Shown: positions 24,669 through 36,820 of the stretch, one piece after another
Position numbering within the stretch: the first letter of the stretch is position 1
Layout: the number at the start of each line of letters is the position of its first letter
From: Spongospora subterranea f. sp. subterranea
Lineage: Eukaryota
Length of the DNA stretch: 62,717 nucleotides
Direction: 5' to 3'
Assembly: GCA_049724395.1 (NCBI GenBank)
Contig: JAUGWO010000098.1
Location: forward strand, 1 to 62,717
Made by a program: the position numbers and the translations under genes
Notes under the pieces: generated by a model
The model's input: the letters and a program-made list of their open reading frames with translations, nothing else
What the model was told of the DNA's origin: nothing
The model's database searches: none

Positions 24669-25418
24669 ATGCACAGCGCCGCTGCCGAGGTATCGGCCAG
24701 ACTCAGGGCGGCGCTAGCGGCGCCCGGCAACGAGCGATGCGCAGATTGCAGGACTCCACAGCCGACATGGGCCAGCTACAACATTGGCATATTCCTGTGC
24801 CAGGAATGCGCTGGGGTCCATCGGAGCTTAGGCACACATATATCCAAGGTTCGCAGCGTCACGCTCGACGTTTGGGACATTAACACGGTCAATATGATCT
24901 CCGAAGCCGGAAATTCGAGGTGGGAACGCGTTTTATCATCCACTTAGGTTTATATTTTTATTTGATATCCCAGAGTTAACTACATTATGGAAGCTGGACT
25001 GCCAGATTCTGCTCGAATATCACATGATGCCAATACTAGCGCCAGATATCAATTCATCCGCGATAAATACGTCGCTAAAAAATATCTGACGCCGAAACTA
25101 CAGACTCCGGCTGCAACCGGCGATATATTTGCTGGGCTAACTCTTGTTTCGTCTGCGGGTTCTGCAGGACAAAACAGCCAGCCTGAACAGGTTCCGGACC
25201 TGTTGACGTTTGCATCACAAGATGAAGTATCTCTCGGTGATCATTGGGGCGACCTCTCGCGAACTTCGCCTCTCGAGGCGAACGAAAGGTTCTCGTTCTC
25301 CGCTCAAAGCGAGGGCATTGAAAGTACGGAAATTGCAGCGGTTAATCCGGGACAACCAAACAACTACATGGCGGATGCGGATCCTTTTCATGGACTCTTC
25401 GTAAGGTCCACTAAATAA
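24669..25418 (+). CDS. ArfGAP-domain protein (SMAP/AGD-like), 2 exons
   Basis: GNERCADC...WASYNIGIFLCQECAGVHRSLGTHISKVRSVTLD; intron 24920-24973; FIRDKY. Confidence 0.93.
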
Positions 25419-25464
25419 TGTACAAACGAGATCGTGTTAATATATTCTGAATCTACAACCTGTT

Positions 25465-26169
25465 TCATGTTGTATAATTAGATAAAAGTGTCATCTTTAG
25501 GCGATACCCCCTGTATTTCCGCCCGATGTTGAGCTGAAGCGCGTCGGCTGCGACATCAAAACTCGGGAACAAAACCTCAGCGTAGGGTTCGGATTTATCT
25601 GAGAAATGCAGGTCGGCGCTGAGAATATCGTGCTTGGCGAAGATCTTCATTACGACTTCTTGTCCAGTTATGTCTGGCGGTAGATTCCTGACAAGCAAGA
25701 TGCCGGGGTTGGAGGCGTCGAGCAGCCCAGGACGGATTGACGACGCGTCTGCTGGCTTCGTCATTGACGAGACCTTGTCGGAAACTTGTTCTTGCGACAG
25801 CCGCTTCAACAATAAACTTATTCTGGAGGGAGCGGTCGCCTCGACAGGTTTCCATGCAGTTGGCGGATCGCCTTCTTCCGACGATGAAAATTTGATATAT
25901 TTGCTTGGGCGAGAGCGCGACTCGACATCATCGTCGTCGTGTTTTAACTCAGAAACAGAACTATATCGTGATCTCGACGATCTGTGTTCCTCATTCGCTG
26001 AGCCGTCCCTCGCTGCCGCCGATGGCGCTACATCCTTCAAATCGTTTTTCACCACAACTTGTAGACCGGCGCTGTCTTCATTGCCGTTTAGAACGCGTTG
26101 CTTCTCGGAAGTTTGTTTTGGCGACCCCAATCGGCGCTTGCCATTGGAAATGGTTACAGTGAAACTCAT
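25465..26169 (-). CDS. Protein with low-complexity N-terminus and C-terminal RRM
   Basis: LLVRNLPPDIT (RNP2-like) and YAEVLF (RNP1-like); intronless 234-aa ORF. Confidence 0.72.
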   Translation of the reverse strand: MSFTVTISNGKRRLGSPKQTSEKQRVLNGNEDSAGLQVVVKNDLKDVAPSAAARDGSANEEHRSSRSRYSSVSELKHDDDDVESRSRPSKYIKFSSSEEGDPPTAWKPVEATAPSRISLLLKRLSQEQVSDKVSSMTKPADASSIRPGLLDASNPGILLVRNLPPDITGQEVVMKIFAKHDILSADLHFSDKSEPYAEVLFPSFDVAADALQLNIGRKYRGYRLKMTLLSNYTT

Positions 26170-26420
26170 GAACGGCCTCTTAACCGCGCCTTTGAGTTGC
26201 GAAAGATACGCGCTTCAAGACCGGCTTTCAGGAGATACAAGTCCGCGATTAGAACGAGGCCGTGCCACTCAACCAGGAAACGAATTAAAATAGCCAACGC
26301 CGAAAATTGTTGGCAACTGGCACGAGTCAGGTACAGAATGGTTTGAAGAGTTGGGAAGTTGCGATGAATCTTTAATTGATGATCTGTGTCAACAAATGGC
26401 CTGGATTTCAGTATTTTCGA

Positions 26421-28330
26421 TCATTTTCTAAACGAGTGCATTTTCGATAAGGTCATTTTTTTGAATTCCTCATTAATGGAGGGTGCCGCAGACGTCTTTC
26501 GATGCTCCATGTCCGGTACTTCCCGATGCGAATCGCCAACGTACAGCTGACGGGGACGCCCGATTTTGCAGAGCGGATTGGCCATCATCTCCTTCCAGTT
26601 GACGAACCATCCGATAGTTCGCGCGACGGCGAACAAGACTGTGAACATCGTTCGAGGAATGCCCATCGCCCGCAACATCACGCCGGAGTAAAAGTCCACG
26701 TTCGGGAACAGCTGGCGTTTGACAAAATATTCGTCCTCCAACGCGATTATCTCCAAGTGCCTGGCAAGTTCCAGTATCGGATCAGACTTGATGTTCAACT
26801 CATTCAAGACGGAATGGCATATCTCCTGCATAATTTTCGCCCTGGGGTCGTAGTTTCGGTATACCCGATGGCCGAACCTAAAGTTTGATTGAAAAACGGT
26901 CGCCAAAGTGTTCAGGTTTGTACCCCATCAACCGGAAATGCTGTATCCGATTTGTCCTTCGCCTTGGCCATGTACATTGGAATTCTGTCGACCTGTGACA
27001 GGTTCATTTACGTCGTCAAAAATAGCAGGTACCAATGTACCGATTCAATTTCTTCCAACATTTCAAGGACCGCTTGATTCGCCCCCCTGGACGCAGATGA
27101 ACTCGAAAATGAAATGACACAATTTTGGCGAAAACCATTACCCATGAGCTGAACCCCAGAGCGTTGTTATTCCGCTGGCGATACACGCAAACGGGTTCGC
27201 ATAGGTGGAGCCAGCAATCCGAACAGTCGAAGTCGAAGCATTTTGTTCGTGGTCAGCGTGCAAAATGAGCCAGACCTCGAGCGCGTGAGTAAGGACGGGA
27301 TTCAATTGATACGGCTCAGATGGTACAGAGAACATCATGTTCAGCAGATTCTCAGCGTACGACAGCCCCGTTTTCGGATAGACGAACGGCTGTCCGATGC
27401 TGTACTTATACGCCATCGCCGCGATCGTCGGCATTTTCGCCAGCAGTCTGTAGGCTGAGCTGAACCTGTTCAAGGGGTTGTGCACGTCCAGGTAATCGTG
27501 ATAAAAAGCGGACAATGCGCCCACGACACCGACGCATATCGCCATGGGCTACACTCAAAAACGTCAGAACCTTGCGTCGAAGGCTCACGAATCGGCAATC
27601 CTACATGTGCATCGCTTTTGAACCCATTGTAGAATTGGATCAGCTTCTCATGAACCATGGTGTGCCTCTGAAAACGAGATCAGCAAGTTAAAAACGTCGA
27701 TGAGACCGTTTCGTACTGATATTAGATGCGCATGCAGGAGCTTCGCTGAGGCGTCAGGGAGTTCGCCATAAAGGAGCAAATACTGTAATGTTTTGAACAA
27801 ACATCAGGCCGTAAACGGAGGCGATCGTACCGTGACATCCATGAAGTCGCATTTATTGGCCAGATCGGCTATATCGTATCCCTATCGATGAAATTAGTGT
27901 TGATCGGCGCATGATCAGTAAATAACAACCCTATATCGAAGATGTCCAGCCGGTCCATCAATGAACGTGATCGACGACACACCTAAGCGTCGTGATTCAT
28001 TGAGAGCGATGAACAAGTGTCAGTTAAACAATTCCGGTACAGGGAAGATGTGGACATGAATCCAGGATCATGGGTGAAGTATCCTGATTGCGAATACAGG
28101 CTCTGAATATCCAGAACCGGGGGACCATTAGTCCCTTTCAGGATTGGCAGCTCCACCGTTTTCCTGAACAGCTGGCTCAACAAAACACTCACAATTCAGA
28201 CCAAGACCTGTTACCCATCTGGAAAAACCAGTTTGGCAACTTCCGTCGACTCGACGTCCCGTGACGAATCGGCGTCGCACTTAATGAAATTTTTCACCAG
28301 GAAGCCATCGATATCGCCATGAACCGTCAT
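26421..28330 (-). CDS. Citrate synthase, GltA/peroxisomal (type II-like) class; multi-exon, with apparent frameshift(s)
   Basis: [79 protein letters not shown] introns of ~50-60 nt. Confidence 0.93.
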
Positions 28331-30681
28331 TCCGGAACCGCGGATGACGCTACCCGACAATGGCGAAACAATCATCAGTATATCTGATCGTGTCCCACAA
28401 ACGCATCGATCACATACCTGGGCGATAACAGAGAATATCTCGCGTGACCTGTGATGCAATGTGGCGCTATGATGAACTTAACGGCTAAGGGTATACGGTC
28501 CCAACTCAGGGACCGTTACCCTCACACAGGGTCTGTGGCCAGCCTTGTCGGCCTTACACGCCAGAAATCGCCGACGGCAAAAATCGGATATGCCCACCGT
28601 CACTGGACATGCTGGAAATATCGGCTGAGGAACTGATCGAACGACTGCTAACGCGCCCGGAATCGGTCGTTGTCGTTGATGTTCGCGATAGTGTAAGGGT
28701 CTCGTATTGACTGGAGGTGCCTCGATTTGATTGCCGTTGGCAGGATCAGTTTGGGGGGCAAATTAGGGTTAGGATCGATAGCGCTAAGCGCGTCGGACAA
28801 CAAATTCAAGGTTTTTTTAGGGATGTATTTCGGCACCTTCAACTTCTCTATATGGAACTGCCCTGAAAGAGCTGGTCGATCGCCTAAGCAGCGTCCCTCT
28901 GATTGTGTTCCATTGTATGAAATCCCAAGTACGTGGACCGAAAGCGATGCAGCGCTATGCGATGGCAGCATACCGGCCTGGTTCATCATCACAAGTCGCG
29001 TTGCTCACATTTGGGTTCGAGAACTTCATCCGGGTTGCAATCCGGCATTCTCAGGTACGCCAATCATAGCTTGAAATTTGCATGCCTCTAACTGATTCGG
29101 CAGCGGGAAATCTTGCTCGAAAAAATCGACGAACGCATTTGGCCAAATTCGCTTTTATTGTAGTTCATCCTGAATTACCTGTATTATTTACAAAATGTCA
29201 TTACGTAACGACTTTCGATGATATGAACAGAATTTCACGCTGTCGACGTTTGCGACGTGGCGATCTTCCCAGAACAAAAGTCTCGACGGATATGATTTAT
29301 CAGTCGATAGTAGATGACGCTGAATGGCTAACCATACTTTATCCTATCTCTTCCTGTTCATCTCACAATGATTCTGTTGCCGGCGTCTGATGCATCTAAC
29401 CGGATTGCGAAACGCCAAATCGAAGTTCCGAAACGGTGTTAGGCACAGTAATTGAAACTGTGAATTCAGCTTTGTGACAGAAGAAAAGCGTACATTAAAG
29501 TGATGACCTGAAAAAAAAAATCTAAAAGGTGAATCATTGGTGCCGAGTTCAACGTCACGAATTGTTGCAGGACCCGATGTCACTCCCAGACACTATCAGA
29601 AGATTGATTTTTTCAGTCTCGCCAAATTATTGCATGATCAGCATAATACTGCGACGATAATCGGGATGAATCAAAATTGATTTACAGTAGATGTGCTGAA
29701 TAAACATGAGGAACACGGTTTGTATCTGTACGTACTATCCCTACAGCACCGTGCAGGATATGAGGATCCGACCGACATGGATCACACGAATCGTTGGGCG
29801 ATGGAGGAAAAGTTTACACACCATCGACCTTGTGAAACTCACTGGATCGGATCGTTGAACAACGGAGACTTTTGACGGCGTCTGCGCGATGATTCGATTA
29901 AAGGATGATACGAGCGATCACACACCTGCGTTCAGTGAAGATCAGTTATCAATGCATCATGCCGAACCGTTTCATGGGCAGCGTTTGAACTCAGGTATAG
30001 CCGCGACGAAAACAAGTTTGCACATCATTAATTTCACAGATGTACTGTACTGTGGGCAATAACTCGAATATGTCGCAAATGTAGCAGGAGTATTTGGTAT
30101 TTTGCAGATGGACATCGGATTGCTGTCGGACGATACTAGCGATGAGCAGGATCTGTCGCACCCTCCAAGAAACGGGGACGCCAAAAAAAAAATCTATGTC
30201 AACGGAGCCGCTCAATGGTTCGTGCTCGAACAGCACAAGCTTTTTCCGTGCAGAGTTTTTGAACAGCAAAGACGAGGATGGTCCAAGATCGTTCTCAATT
30301 TACAAAACACTTTCAGATGGCAATCTTCCCTGTTCAAGTCAAATCGAATTACCAAATGTTGGAGAAAGTCTACCGGGAAGGTCATGCCGCTGACAAACAG
30401 ACGGGGAATGTCCCGATGAAAAAAGGCTACTGTTCTGGGATGATCTCGTCATTTTAAGGGGCGAGTCGGCATGGCACACGACTGTTTGCTCGCTTCGACA
30501 CTAGGGTTGGTCAAGTAAGCGCGTTTGTGGACGAGAAAGGTTGCTGCTTTTGACGACTTGGGATCATCCAGCAGGGACTAGGTACATAAAATCAATCGGC
30601 AATTGTTCAAAGAATCCCAACCTTCTGAAGACATAAAAAGACTTTGCGAAATTGCTGCATCAACACATGAAGAAAGAAGCA

Positions 30682-31610
30682 CTATGATGAATCGGATCTT
30701 GGCAGGAAATCCAGTTGTCGTCGATCAACCTGCATGTATAATCCGCGAAACCATCCTTCATTGAAAATGCTGTCGTCGTTATCCGCCACATTAAACCGCG
30801 AAAGTCGCATGGAAAATCGTCTGGTGATTGGTCGCCGATTGCTACGCCCATCTTCCTCGTCCTCACTAACAAGCGCGGGAAACAGCTCTTGAATGGCCCA
30901 GGATGTCCATTGCATGGTTAAATAATGGGCTTATGCATTCAGTTTTGATTGATTGATTGAATTCAATGATTGGATTATAGTAATTTTCGGAGAATTGTTC
31001 CAATGTAATGCCATCTGTTTCGGTGTCATTGTTGGTTGACAGTCTTGCTTGAAACGCTTCTCTCTGACCGTCATATTCTATACTTATCGCCATGGCGGCG
31101 CGTCTCCACATTGAAGGAAACAGCACAGTTTATCGCTGCGAATCGGGTTCGACAATCGCTCTCATCAGGTTTAGTCGCTTCGCACCGCATTTGGTTTGGT
31201 TAGACCCAACTACTCGATTCATTTTGTAAGATCTTAGCAGGGACGAAGCTGTGCTGGATGACCATAAACCTTAAGGGTTAGGTCTTTGACAACAAAGTCT
31301 GTTGCAAATTGACACCGAGCTGGTCAAACACCGTTCCATCGGGATATAGTTCTTGAATTGCCCAAGAAGTCCAGTGCATTGTTGAATATTGAGCATTCAG
31401 ATTCTGTTCAAATCCGATGATTGGATTGTAGGAACCAAAACTGCTTAATAGTGGCGCCATCGATCTTGGTGTCGTCGTTCGTCGACATGCGTGCCTGAGA
31501 CTTCTGACCATCGCTGGACTTCCTGGGCAATTCAAGAACTATATCCCGATGGGACGGCGTTTGACCAGCAAGCCAGATTAGGGCCGGAACAACGGCAGGC
31601 GATGTGACAG
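30682..31610. pseudogene. Degenerate, rearranged copies of an unknown gene family (WTSWAIQEL motif)
   Basis: YNPII.F.Q...WTSWAIQEL[FY]P occurs twice on the minus strand (~30890, ~31350); WTSWAIQELYP occurs once inverted on the plus strand (31514). Confidence 0.5.
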
Positions 31611-32397
31611 ATTATTCCAAATGCAAAATGGCAACGAGCGACTGTGCTAGCACTAAAGGACCGGGAACTGCAATAAATTTTCAAACTTCGAATAAGGAGC
31701 AGTTTGCAGAATGCGGAAGAATCTAATGTCGAATCGAAAGTCAAAAGCGTAACAGTATCATCTACAGTAGCGACACGTGACGAAACATGGGGATCAGTGA
31801 CCGATCGTTACACCTATCAGAAGTTATGTACAAATGGTACATGGGGTTCCTAGCCTGTACTATTCAATGCATGGGAGTTGCGTGTAGTGATGCCAACGCG
31901 GTTGACCAGGGCTACAACCGGTTGGTGAGCAGGGAGTTCCTGAATTACTTCGAATTTAACTCAAAAATGGGAATGATTGAAATTCTATGATTGCGTGAAC
32001 TGCATCATCCTCTAGAGAAAGGACACGTGGATTGCTAATCGCAGTCCCAGAACGCGAGAACGTACCGTCACTTGGCACGGAAGTGGACGCGCCTCCCATA
32101 TCTCCGCTGTAAATCTAATCATCCTGGCAAAAAGACAACTGTATATCCAACCCCATGTGAATTCAGCGTCATATTGACTTTATTCACGTACACAAATGCA
32201 TTGGGTCTAGTGTAGTGAACGCGTGGGTGTTACCAGGTAGTGTAGCCAACGTGTTACGGGTTACAGTACGATAAGCGATTGGTGCTCAATTACCATCACA
32301 TCAGGAGCAGATTCGCTTCTGACCGTTCTCCTATCTCTCCGACACCCGTACGCAGTTATTTATCACAAGGTGATAGCGCTAATCGAAGCCGTAGATA

Positions 32398-33783
32398 ATG
32401 ACAAAGGAAGACATTGTCCTTCCGGAGAATCTCGAACAGTTCGTCCCGGAATCTAAGCTGTTCGTTGCGCTGCTTAGGCTCGAACAACGTATCGATGCCA
32501 GTATTACTCGGTTCCGCCTTCAGACAATGGAAATGTCGACGACGACGCAACAGGTGATTTGCACGATTACCATCGGGATCATCTTTTTCAACCCTCATCT
32601 GCTATCTCAAATAGATTTATCGTATTTTACGTGTATTTCTTTCTCATCAATTAGAAGGCGACCAGCTGAAATTTCTCATACAAGGGTGTTTGGTTGATCC
32701 GGACGTCAGTGTGCCTTATTTTTGTCTACTCGAATTACCCTTATCATCGTTCATATATAGACCGGTAATCCAGACTTAAATTCGTCATATCGTTTCTCGA
32801 ATTTTATTCGGAGAGCGTCTGTAACGGCGGATTCTTCTTTCTTTCAAGGCGAGCGTTGTTTGAAATAGTTTTCGTTGATTTCATATTTTACCGTTAGGTG
32901 AATGCGATCAAGCTGAATGGGTTCGCGGACCTGAAGAAAAAGCGGTGGACGGCTTCAGTATTCAATTACCCATAAAGGCTAGTATGCCCGATACACAACT
33001 GCGCGTTCAGTTATTGTTGGACGATTTTCCCAAAAGGTATACTGTCCCGGATCGGCTAGCTGCTATACTTGGTCTACAACAAGAGACGTCTGATCGCCTA
33101 ATAACAGCCTTATGGGCTTATGTACGCCGCAATAATCTGCAAGTAATTCAAACGACAGACCTCATATTTTTCTAATTTTGTAACGGTTCCTCAGGATGCT
33201 GAAGATCCAACGTCGGTTATATTTGACGAACCACTTGCTGATGTTTTCGGCTGTAGTCAGACATCCATTGAGAACATTAGGTCGTCCCTATTATCGTTAC
33301 TAGCTCCTGCGGATCCAGTCACTTTTATTTACCAACTTTCTCTTTCCGGCGACCCATCCCAATTTCGTCACGTTTATGAGATCGCTTTGCAGATTCCTGA
33401 TCCTAGTAAATCAACTCAGATGGGTGAGCTTTTGCCAGTGATTTTCAACTATTATTTGACTAAAAGTCTCTATATAGGCCGTTTGTTTTGTCCCGACGAC
33501 GAAAGATCAGCAGATCTGGACGAACTAACTAAGCGATCTGCGTATTTACTGAATGAGCTTTCCAAGCACCAGCGCAGGTATCAGATTATGATGGCCACTG
33601 CGGAGTCCCCAGTTGATGTGGCTAGGATGCTTTTGGCTAATGCTCGCAGAGACATGAGAGTGAGCTATCAAAAGTCATGGTCTTATTGTACATGTTTTAA
33701 CATTTTTGTGCTAGATTATCTGTCCAGACAAAGCACCAAGTAAAATCACGGATGATTGTATCAAACAGTATTTGTCAATATAA
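32398..33783 (+). CDS. SMARCD: SWI/SNF subunit BAF60/SMARCD/Swp73 (SWIB domain), multi-exon
   Basis: VPESKLFVALLRLEQRIDASI, DGFSI, LAAILGLQQET..RLITALWAYVRRNNLQD, FDEPLADVFG. Confidence 0.88.
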
Positions 33784-33951
33784 TTATGTATTTTGTTTTT
33801 CAAAATGGTCTCGCTCGACGTCAAACAACTCGGATAATATCTTCAATGTTGCCGAATGCGCGTGCCACCAGTTGCAATTGCGTTAATCACATCGAAGTGT
33901 AATTGGTCAATTATGGAGTAATCTGCGTCGTAGCAGTCATCGTATTTTGGT

Positions 33952-35001
33952 ATGAAACCATACGCCGTTGCCGCGGGTGTATCATATCAATGCAAAACCC
34001 TCCGGCATCCGAACGAGGATCGATTTGTTGTTATTGATTCGATTCCTGAAGATCCGTTAGGTTTAACCCCTAGTCGTTTGATAATCAAAAATCAATGACG
34101 TCCATTGCAATAGTTGGATTTTTCGGCGTGTACGATGGGCATTGTGGTGACGCTTGTTCGACATTCTTGGCGAATTCATTACACAAATACGTACTGAAAT
34201 CAGAGGCCTTCGTGCGGAAGGACTTCAAAGCCGCGTTAAGCGATGGTTTACTCGCGGCAGAGAAGACATATCAACAACAGGTCCAAACTGAAACTGTCGA
34301 CGATAATCATGATCCAGACAATCCAAAAGGTAGGCGTCGCCTCAGCAATAGCATAGGGGGGCCGCCAAACTCAAACATATATCGCAGCATCATCCGGTTC
34401 CTGCGCGGTTGCCGTTATTCGCACTCCATTCAGGTTGTTCATCGCCAATCTGGGTGATTGTCGTGCGGTCGCGTCCGTCAACTCAATGTCGAAGATGCTA
34501 ACACGAGACCATAAGGCGACGGATCCCCAGGAGAAGGTTCCGCCAAAATCCGACGGCGCTTTAGCAAACTGATGGCAAATTGATCCTGTATTGCTCAGGC
34601 GAGAGTCGTTGAAGCTGGAGGATTTGTTCGATCGAACCGAATGTTCGGGCTGATGTCGGTGACACGGTCGATTGGCGATTTTGAATATAAATTAGGGAGT
34701 ATCACGGGAACGTTGATACCAACGCCTGATTTGTTTGAGGTAACCGACTTTGCGTCCGCTTTTACCACGAGCTGAGCGAGGTCAATGCCAGGAGGATATC
34801 AGTTCAGATCATCAATGCCTTATCATGGCGTGTGATGGCTTATGGGATGTAGTTGATAATGCTCTCGCTGTAGAAACCGCTTTGGACAGCCTGAGATCAG
34901 GAAGGACGTCGTGCGAAACCGCAAAAACGCTTGCAGAACTAGCTATTCAACGTGGAAGCAAGGACGACATCACGGTCGTCATTGTTCCACTGTACATATA
35001 A
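33952..35001 (+). CDS. Protein phosphatase 2C (PPM family), multi-exon
   Basis: NEDR, FFGVYDGHCG, SGSCA, IANLGDCRAV, LTRDHK, SVTRSIGD, IMACDGLWDVV, GSKDDITV. Confidence 0.93.
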
Positions 35002-35178
35002 TCAGTTCATGATCAAATCGTGTTCTTTATTCATCATAATCATTGGGTAGATTGATTAGCCGAATACACTTTACCCTAATACAGATGAGATATTTTTTCG
35101 TCAGATCGCCGGCATACTCTTTCTTGTCGCTGTGCGTCTGATTAGTCGGTCATTGAAAATCTGTCGTGAATTTTTGTT

Positions 35179-36156
35179 ATGGACAATGGGCAAATGATTT
35201 GTCAAGAATTTGATCGTGATGCGCTACGTCAATACATTGATTACCAAATCCAGCTATCGCTTGATCGAGCGGATGCGGAATATTGCTGGACAAACTACCT
35301 CAGTCGTGGACTGGAAATCCTCGTCAAGACCATGACCGCTCACGACTGTGGTGGGTCGCCGGCGCTCTCGCTCAACCTGTCTGGATGGGACCTGGGTGTT
35401 TCGGGAATCCAATCCATCTCGTCTACGGTTTTTCGTCAGAATCATCTACAAGTTGTCCGCCTTCGGTCCACAAACATGTCCGACAATGCGTTGATCGCAA
35501 TGGCGAACCACTTACCGATCAGTTTGCGAACGTTGGACCTATCAAGCAATCGCATCACTTCGGACGGATTCAATCATTTATCCGAACGAATTCGTCAATG
35601 CTCGATTCCGTTGGAGGATCTGGATCTGTCAGATAATCCCCTCGGCGATCGGTCGGTGCGAGCCCTTTGCACATTCATGAACCATACGCCAACGCTGTCT
35701 TCGCTATCGCTGATCCACACCAACCTATCCGGGAAAGCGTCTGAGGCGTTGATCAAACATATGCAAAATACGGATCGGCTAGTGCAATTCCGATACGGAA
35801 TGGTCTCATTAAAAAATTGCTCAAGCGCGATTTGCCGATATATACAAGCAAATCTGTCATTGCGTCATCTATCATTACCACAATCCAGTCTGAACGACGA
35901 CTGTGTCAAGGCAATTGCAGAATGTTTGCCCATGTCGAGACTGCAATCACTGAATTTGCGAGATAATCTGATTACGGATCTTGGTGCGATTGCATTGGCA
36001 AATGCATTAGGAAGTGCCAAGACGGTGACGGTCGTGGATTTAACTGGAAATTATTTGAGCGACATAGGTCTAAATGAGTTGGAAAACCTCAACAGAACTG
36101 ACCTCAGGTTGCTTCTAGCCGCTAATAACTTTACCAATAAACGGGATTACCGATGA
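35179..36156 (+). CDS. RNI-like leucine-rich repeat protein
   Basis: Repeats LRTLDLSSNRITSDG, LEDLDLSDNPLGDRS, LQSLNLRDNLITDLGAIALA, VDLTGNYLSDIG. Confidence 0.9.
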   Translation: MDNGQMICQEFDRDALRQYIDYQIQLSLDRADAEYCWTNYLSRGLEILVKTMTAHDCGGSPALSLNLSGWDLGVSGIQSISSTVFRQNHLQVVRLRSTNMSDNALIAMANHLPISLRTLDLSSNRITSDGFNHLSERIRQCSIPLEDLDLSDNPLGDRSVRALCTFMNHTPTLSSLSLIHTNLSGKASEALIKHMQNTDRLVQFRYGMVSLKNCSSAICRYIQANLSLRHLSLPQSSLNDDCVKAIAECLPMSRLQSLNLRDNLITDLGAIALANALGSAKTVTVVDLTGNYLSDIGLNELENLNRTDLRLLLAANNFTNKRDYR

Positions 36157-36198
36157 TACAATTCGATCGTCAAATACAAAATTTAGATAAATGTGTAT

Positions 36199-36550
36199 CT
36201 ACTCGTGATGGTCACCTAAATCGTTGTCGTTGTCTTCAGGTTTGGTTGGGGCCTGTTGGGGTTGATTCGGGAAGTTTCCAGACGCGTCGTATCTATGAAT
36301 CGAGTCATATACCGATGACGACAATTTCTTCCAGATGGCATTACCTGCGATTATCCAAGAACAATCTCCACATTCCTGACGATATCAAAGTAGTGGTGTT
36401 CTCCCACGAGCTGTAATGATCTCGTACATGTTCGGAATAAGTGGATCTCTTCGGTCGCCGTGTCAGGTTTGTTTTCCTAACTTTCTTCTTGTGTTTATCC
36501 TTATCGCCGCTCTTCTTGATCTTCTTGACGGGTGCCGCCTCCTGGTCCAT
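36199..36550 (-). CDS. Small basic orphan protein (~100 aa, 2 exons)
   Basis: MDQEAAPVKKIKKSGDKDKHKKK...WRLFLDNR, then intron GTAATG...CATAG, then in-frame RYDASGNFPNQPQQAPTKPEDNDNDLGDHHE*. Confidence 0.6.
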
Positions 36551-36820
36551 GGCTCAGATTCCCCCCTGAGCCGGCGTCAAATGTGATCTCGTCCTGTCAT
36601 GACCTTTGGAGCGGAGGCCGCGTCTGACGGACATTGCCCGGAGCGATGTGGCGCTACTCGGCCAGCTGCATCATTCTAACCCATACAATTCCAATAGGTT
36701 CAACCTGAGACCTTGACACTGTGGCCCACGTGTACACTTGGGACAGTAAGGTGGCGTATTGTCCCATCATCGGGCAGCGCTCATTGCCGAGACGCCCAGG
36801 CGTTGGTTCAGAATCTGACA

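Noticed and set aside
25634..26293. 219-aa plus-strand ORF
   Set aside because: Antisense shadow of the RRM gene; no motif
28753..28764. Telomere-like TTAGGGTTAGG
   Set aside because: Under two units; expected by chance
28648..30420. Possible gene between citrate synthase and BAF60
   Set aside because: Short ORFs on both strands with no recognisable domain; I could not build a consistent spliced model
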